Source of the DNA: Monocercomonoides exilis PA203
Lineage: Eukaryota > Protista > Preaxostyla
Direction: 5' to 3'
Assembly (NCBI GenBank): GCA_001643675.2
Contig: LSRY02000045.1
Span: 746,775 to 810,774 of the forward strand
DNA length: 64,000 bases
Shown here: one piece after another, positions 59,598-64,000 of the stretch
Layout of the letters: each line of letters starts with the position of its first letter
Position numbering within the stretch: the stretch's first letter is position 1
The notes under the pieces: generated by a model
What the model was told of the DNA's origin: nothing
The model's input: only the letters and a program-made list of their open reading frames with translations
Databases searched by the model: none
Translations under genes and position numbers: made by a program

Positions 59598-61935
59598 ATG
59601 ACCCGGGTCCTCCATGTTGTGAATGTGTCGAGCGGCGGTTGCGAGAAGCCGTCGGTGCTGGTCCCGTGCGAAACGGGGCAGGGGGCGTTTGTCCTTTTTT
59701 ATCAGCAGTGCAATTGCGCGACGTCCTGGGCGTGGAGCCAGGAGGCGCTGCTGTTCTGCGAATCGCTGCTGGAGCGCTCGGTTGTGGACGTGGTGGTCGT
59801 GCAAGAGGAGCGTATGTGCATTTTGGATTTGGCGATGTTTGCTTATTTCCATTTTCAGAGCATCCGCGGTGGCGGGAGCCGGAGGAGGACTTCACAGTGC
59901 GGTTTTTCGGGACGCTCAGCCGGATGCTGGAGCGGCACCAGGGGTCCGTGAGTTTTGTGGTGGAGGAAGGCAGAAAAGACAGTTTGAGCGCAATCAGTTG
60001 TGTTGGAAGAGTTTTTGATATTGTCTGGGAATGCAGGGCTTTTTCAGGTTGAGCAGGCGCAGTTCTGGTCGGAAGTGCTGGGGAAGTCGCTGATATATTT
60101 CACTGGGGAAAGCATTGTTGAAGAAGTTTGTTTTTCTGAATGAGAGTTATTTGACTGGTCTTTAAAGATTGGAAAGGAAGCGAAGCGCAGCGTTGGAGAC
60201 TACTCTGCATTTCGATTTCCGTCAGCGAAGTTTCCCCTGTGTGGCCGAGGCTGTGCGTTCTGATGGCAGCCAAAGGATGCCGAATCTACACCCGCTTTTG
60301 GCTTTTGCTTGCGAGAATCGTTTGTTTTGCGAGAAAGTGATTTGGAAGGGGAGCATTAGGTCGATGCTGAGCGAGCCTGGGCTGAAGGGATACTTTCCAG
60401 CAGGTGGAGATGACAACTGTGTGCACTGAGAATTGCGTTGTTTTGCGAATGAGCTGGAAATAATGATTTATTTATTTTATTTATTCTTTTTTTATGCCAC
60501 GCAGATTATTCGCTGTGCTCCACAAACGACGAATTCCGGCTGGTTTCGAGCGAGCGTGTTGGACTGCATGTGTTTGAGGGGATCGAGATTGTTTCGCGAG
60601 TGCCGTCTGAATGCATGTTCCATTGAGCTGGCAGCGCCGATGGTGTTTGTGCTGACACACACAAGGTATTGGGCGAGGGGTTGAAGGAAGCCCATGTTGA
60701 TGTGCAACTGGGTGAAGTGAATGAGCAGATGTGGGGAAAAAAAGAAAGAAAATTATTTGTTTGTATTTTCATCAGTCTTTTTGTCAGGTTGATGATGGCT
60801 GAATTTGTTTGAATGGAATAATCACCACATTATTATTTTTTATTTTCTTTCTTTGCATTTGTGTTGGGTGGATGTTTGCTGCAGCTGCACACATGAGCTT
60901 TGCAGGGATTGGCCTTTGGCTGGCAGCAAGCTGCTCGAAAGGTGCATTTTGAGGGAGTCGGCTGAAGAGAATGCTCCTCCAGTGTTTTTGGGCCGTTTTG
61001 CATCGGCAAGGGTGGACTTGGTGCTGGGCGAGAAGGTGAAAGGTGTGGGCGATTGGCCAACGAGCTGCTTGTTTTGTTCGTGAAAGGCTTTTGTGAGTAA
61101 TTTTTGGTGAGATTTTTATATCCTTATTTTTTTATTTGTGGTAATTTTCTTTTTCTTTTTCTTCTTTTCAATGTTTGGAAATGTGCCACAGAGGATTATG
61201 TTCTGATTGTGCCGCTGTCAGCTGAGCGAGGGCTGTGCACGCATTATGCGCTTATTCCACTGGCCACCAATTTTGTTGGGATATCGCCGTTTGTGACACT
61301 TCCAGCACAGAAGCCTTTGATGGCACAGGGAGCGAGAGGCATGGGCTGTTGGCGGATGAGAAATGATGGCTCTTCAGAGAAGGGGGCGTTTGGGTGTGTG
61401 TGTTCAGCGCAGCGCAGCGAGGCAGACGAGCAGGGTTGTTTGAGGGTGTCTTTGGAGCAGCCATCGACCAGGCGCTTCAGCTGCTTTTGGCAGTCGTCTT
61501 TGGTCCGACGCCCGCACACTCTGTCGTTTCTTCCTCGGCGCTGTGTTCTCAGCAGCCATTCAACATCAACAACAACAACATCATCATCATCATCATCATC
61601 ATCATCTGCTGCTGCTGCTTCAGACAGGAAAGGAGCAAAAGTGTTCGAAAGCTGAAAGTGGAAGCAGAAGCAGGGTTTTGCTTTGTGAATGGGTTTTCTG
61701 GAAGGGATATGGGGGAAGAAGGGAGGAAAGGGAAAGCAACAAAGGAGAGAGGAAAGGGGGAGCAAGGGGGAGAAAAGGGAGAGAGGGAGAGAGGGATATG
61801 TGGAGAGGCATGGTATGGGAGGGAGCTGCGGGAGTTGATGAATGGGAAGGATGGGAGGGAAGAGGGGGCGGAGCAGACAAGCAATGCAGAAATGGAGAGA
61901 ATGGAGAGAATGAAGAAGAAGAAAAAGAAGAATGA

Positions 61936-61967
<32 letters not shown>

Positions 61968-63777
61968 CTCCGAATGGAGAAGAAGGGCAGGAAAGGAGAC
62001 AGGCACAGCACTTGAAGGAAGACAGAGGGGTGTTTGTGTTTGGGACAGATGCTTGGGCGCTTCGGCAGCAGTTTGTGAGGGCATACGCGAAAGTGCTTGA
62101 GTTGGTTGGAGGGGGGTGTGTGCTGGACATTTGCCTCGATTGGCGTTGGGAGCGTTTTGGGGAGAGTGTCTGTCTGGCTGCATTAGTCTGCATGCTCTGG
62201 GAACAGCACAGGAAATGGTGGGCAAAGCAGCGATTGGGCGAGAAGAGGACTTTTATGGTTTGTTTCCTGGATCGCTTTCGGAAAGGGAGGGGCGGATTGT
62301 GGAGAAGCGGAGCATGCAGCTGCCCTCGCTGGTTGTGTCGCCGTCGTTTCTGAATGGAGGGCAGAGGGCAGAGGAGCAAGGAGGGAGCATCGGTTGGAAG
62401 ATATCGGAGAGTGCTGCTTCGGGTGGGGATGCTGCACACAGCAAGCTTTTGCGGGAGGCGGCTGGGGTGTGCGGGGAGAGCTGGTTGGGCTGGGGCGGGT
62501 GCAGCATTTGCTTCGGCAGAGAGACATGTTTCAGGAGCAGAGAGCGCCGGCGCCTTCTGTCCATCTGTATTACCCTGCCCTCCTTTCAGGCACTTGTTTG
62601 CGCCTTTTCCAGCAGTGCTCTGTTCGCACCCTGTTTTGCCTCACTGGCTGCAGCATTCCTCGCTGGGTGTGTCTCCGATGCATTTGGCGCACTCAGTGAA
62701 TGCTTCTCCATCACCGTCGCCATCATCATCTTCTTCTTGTTGTTGTTCTTGTTCTTGTTCAGCGCTTGCCCCGCAGCTTGTCCCGTGCACAGCATTCTCT
62801 CTGGGAGCATCGCTGTCTGTCCTCAGTGCTCTTTCTGTGTCGCATTCGCAGTCGCTTTTCATTCACTGGCGTGCATGGCCTTTGAGCAGGACAGAGATGG
62901 AGCGGCTGAAGAGCCTGATGGCAGCGCAGCAGCAGGCGGCACAACAGGGCAGCTGGTCTTTGGCGCTGTCGTCTCCTCCCTCGTCGTGACCCTGCGGCAG
63001 ATGTGTCTTCGCCGGCTCTTCCGAACATGGGGTGCCTTCTTCTCCGTTGGGGTCGTCGCCGCTGGTGAGCTGTGCTGAGAGCTCTCCGTTCCACAAGCCA
63101 TCTGGCTCGCCTTGCAGTTTTGTGCGTGGCTCCACTCCACCTCTTCCCCTCTGAAACATTATCAGGAGCATGGGCAGCATCTGGGCCAGCATGCTGAGCC
63201 GGCGGTCTGCTGCTTATTTCACCCCGCCGGCTGCACATCTGATCACCCGTTGCAGACAGAGCGGCTGTTCGAGGGCACGCCGCTGTATTTGGAGGCGCCT
63301 TTGGCACAGGAAAGAATGCTGTCATCATCATCTTCATCATCTTCTTCTTTCTCTTCTTCTTCATCTCCTGTGCAGATAGCAGCTCAGCCATCAGAAGGCG
63401 TTCTGAGCCATTGCGAGTCATCTGCGCTGCCTGTGCTTGCATCTGCCCCGCAGCAGCTGTTTCATTCGAGTGCTTCGAGTGCACATTCTGCTGTCTCAGC
63501 GACGCATACGATGACTCGCCTTCTTCGTTCAGCCAGCAGAACCAGGGGCATCAGCAGCAGGACAGTCAAATCCATATTTTTCATCCTCTTCTTCATCCTC
63601 TTCTTCATCCTCGTCGTTGTCTCGTTTTCTGCTCCCTTTGCCGTTTCACGTGTTTTTCGACACTTCATCAGCCTCATTCCATTTCCCTCCAGTCATCGGT
63701 GCAGCGAGCGAGGTCAATGGTTGTGGTGGCAGTGGCGTGAGGCGGATGAGCAGGAAGGGAGAGGCAGAGGGAGTTGA
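59598..63777 (+). pseudogene. Unidentified multi-exon gene, heavily frameshifted or decayed
   Basis: GC-rich coding-like blocks are separated by T-rich intron-like spacers (e.g. ~60440-60503, ~60730-60883, ~61093-61192). Poly-Ser/acidic tracts typical of this genome's proteins fall in different frames. No recognisable domain. Confidence 0.35.
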
Positions 63778-64000
63778 GGGCGCGGAGGAGTGTGTACGAG
63801 CAGGGCAGAAGGGCGGAGATGGGATGGTGGGCTGCTGCAGAGGTGCTGGCAGGAAATGCGAGGACGAGCATTTGGCGAAGCAGCATTGTGTTTGCGAGTT
63901 CTTTTTGCAGTCGTTCAGAACAGTTCCGTTTTTGATGGAGAAGCAGACAGGCAGTTCTGGGTGTGTGATTGGGCTTGGGAGAGAGCAGCGGGGAAAGGAA

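Noticed and set aside
1-64000. CRISPR arrays, rRNA, tRNA, telomeric repeats
   Set aside because: No repeat-spacer array, RNA-gene signature or TTAGGG-type tract was seen by eye; tRNAscan-SE/Infernal would be needed to exclude small RNAs.

Overview
Eukaryotic, intron-containing, AT-rich protist DNA read in the standard genetic code. The gene style (giant Cys/GG-rich surface proteins, poly-Ser/poly-Glu tracts, GTTTGT/GTGTGG donors) resembles an oxymonad such as Monocercomonoides; this is inference only. Two paralogous giant single-pass receptors (repeated beta-helix-like modules, one TM helix, cytoplasmic pseudokinase) face each other at 2-6043 (+, 5'-partial) and 42077-53320 (-). Between them lie a decayed DIRS-type tyrosine-recombinase retrotransposon (8446-12611), a multi-exon USP7, a metallophosphoesterase, an AT-rich island of palindromes including a 979-bp foldback element, a stand-alone FERM protein, an ERGIC-53/VIP36-type lectin, a secreted GH13 alpha-amylase, a ~2270-aa Ser/Glu-Lys-Arg block protein with an AT-hook, and a decayed pogo-like DD35D transposon whose ends match the foldback ends. 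The GC-rich right end holds a frameshifted coiled-coil gene resembling axonemal proteins and an unidentified, disrupted multi-exon gene. The most notable observations are the mosaic receptor-pseudokinase family, the foldback/pogo terminal match and the three-way complementary DIRS ends. All alignments and counts were done by eye.
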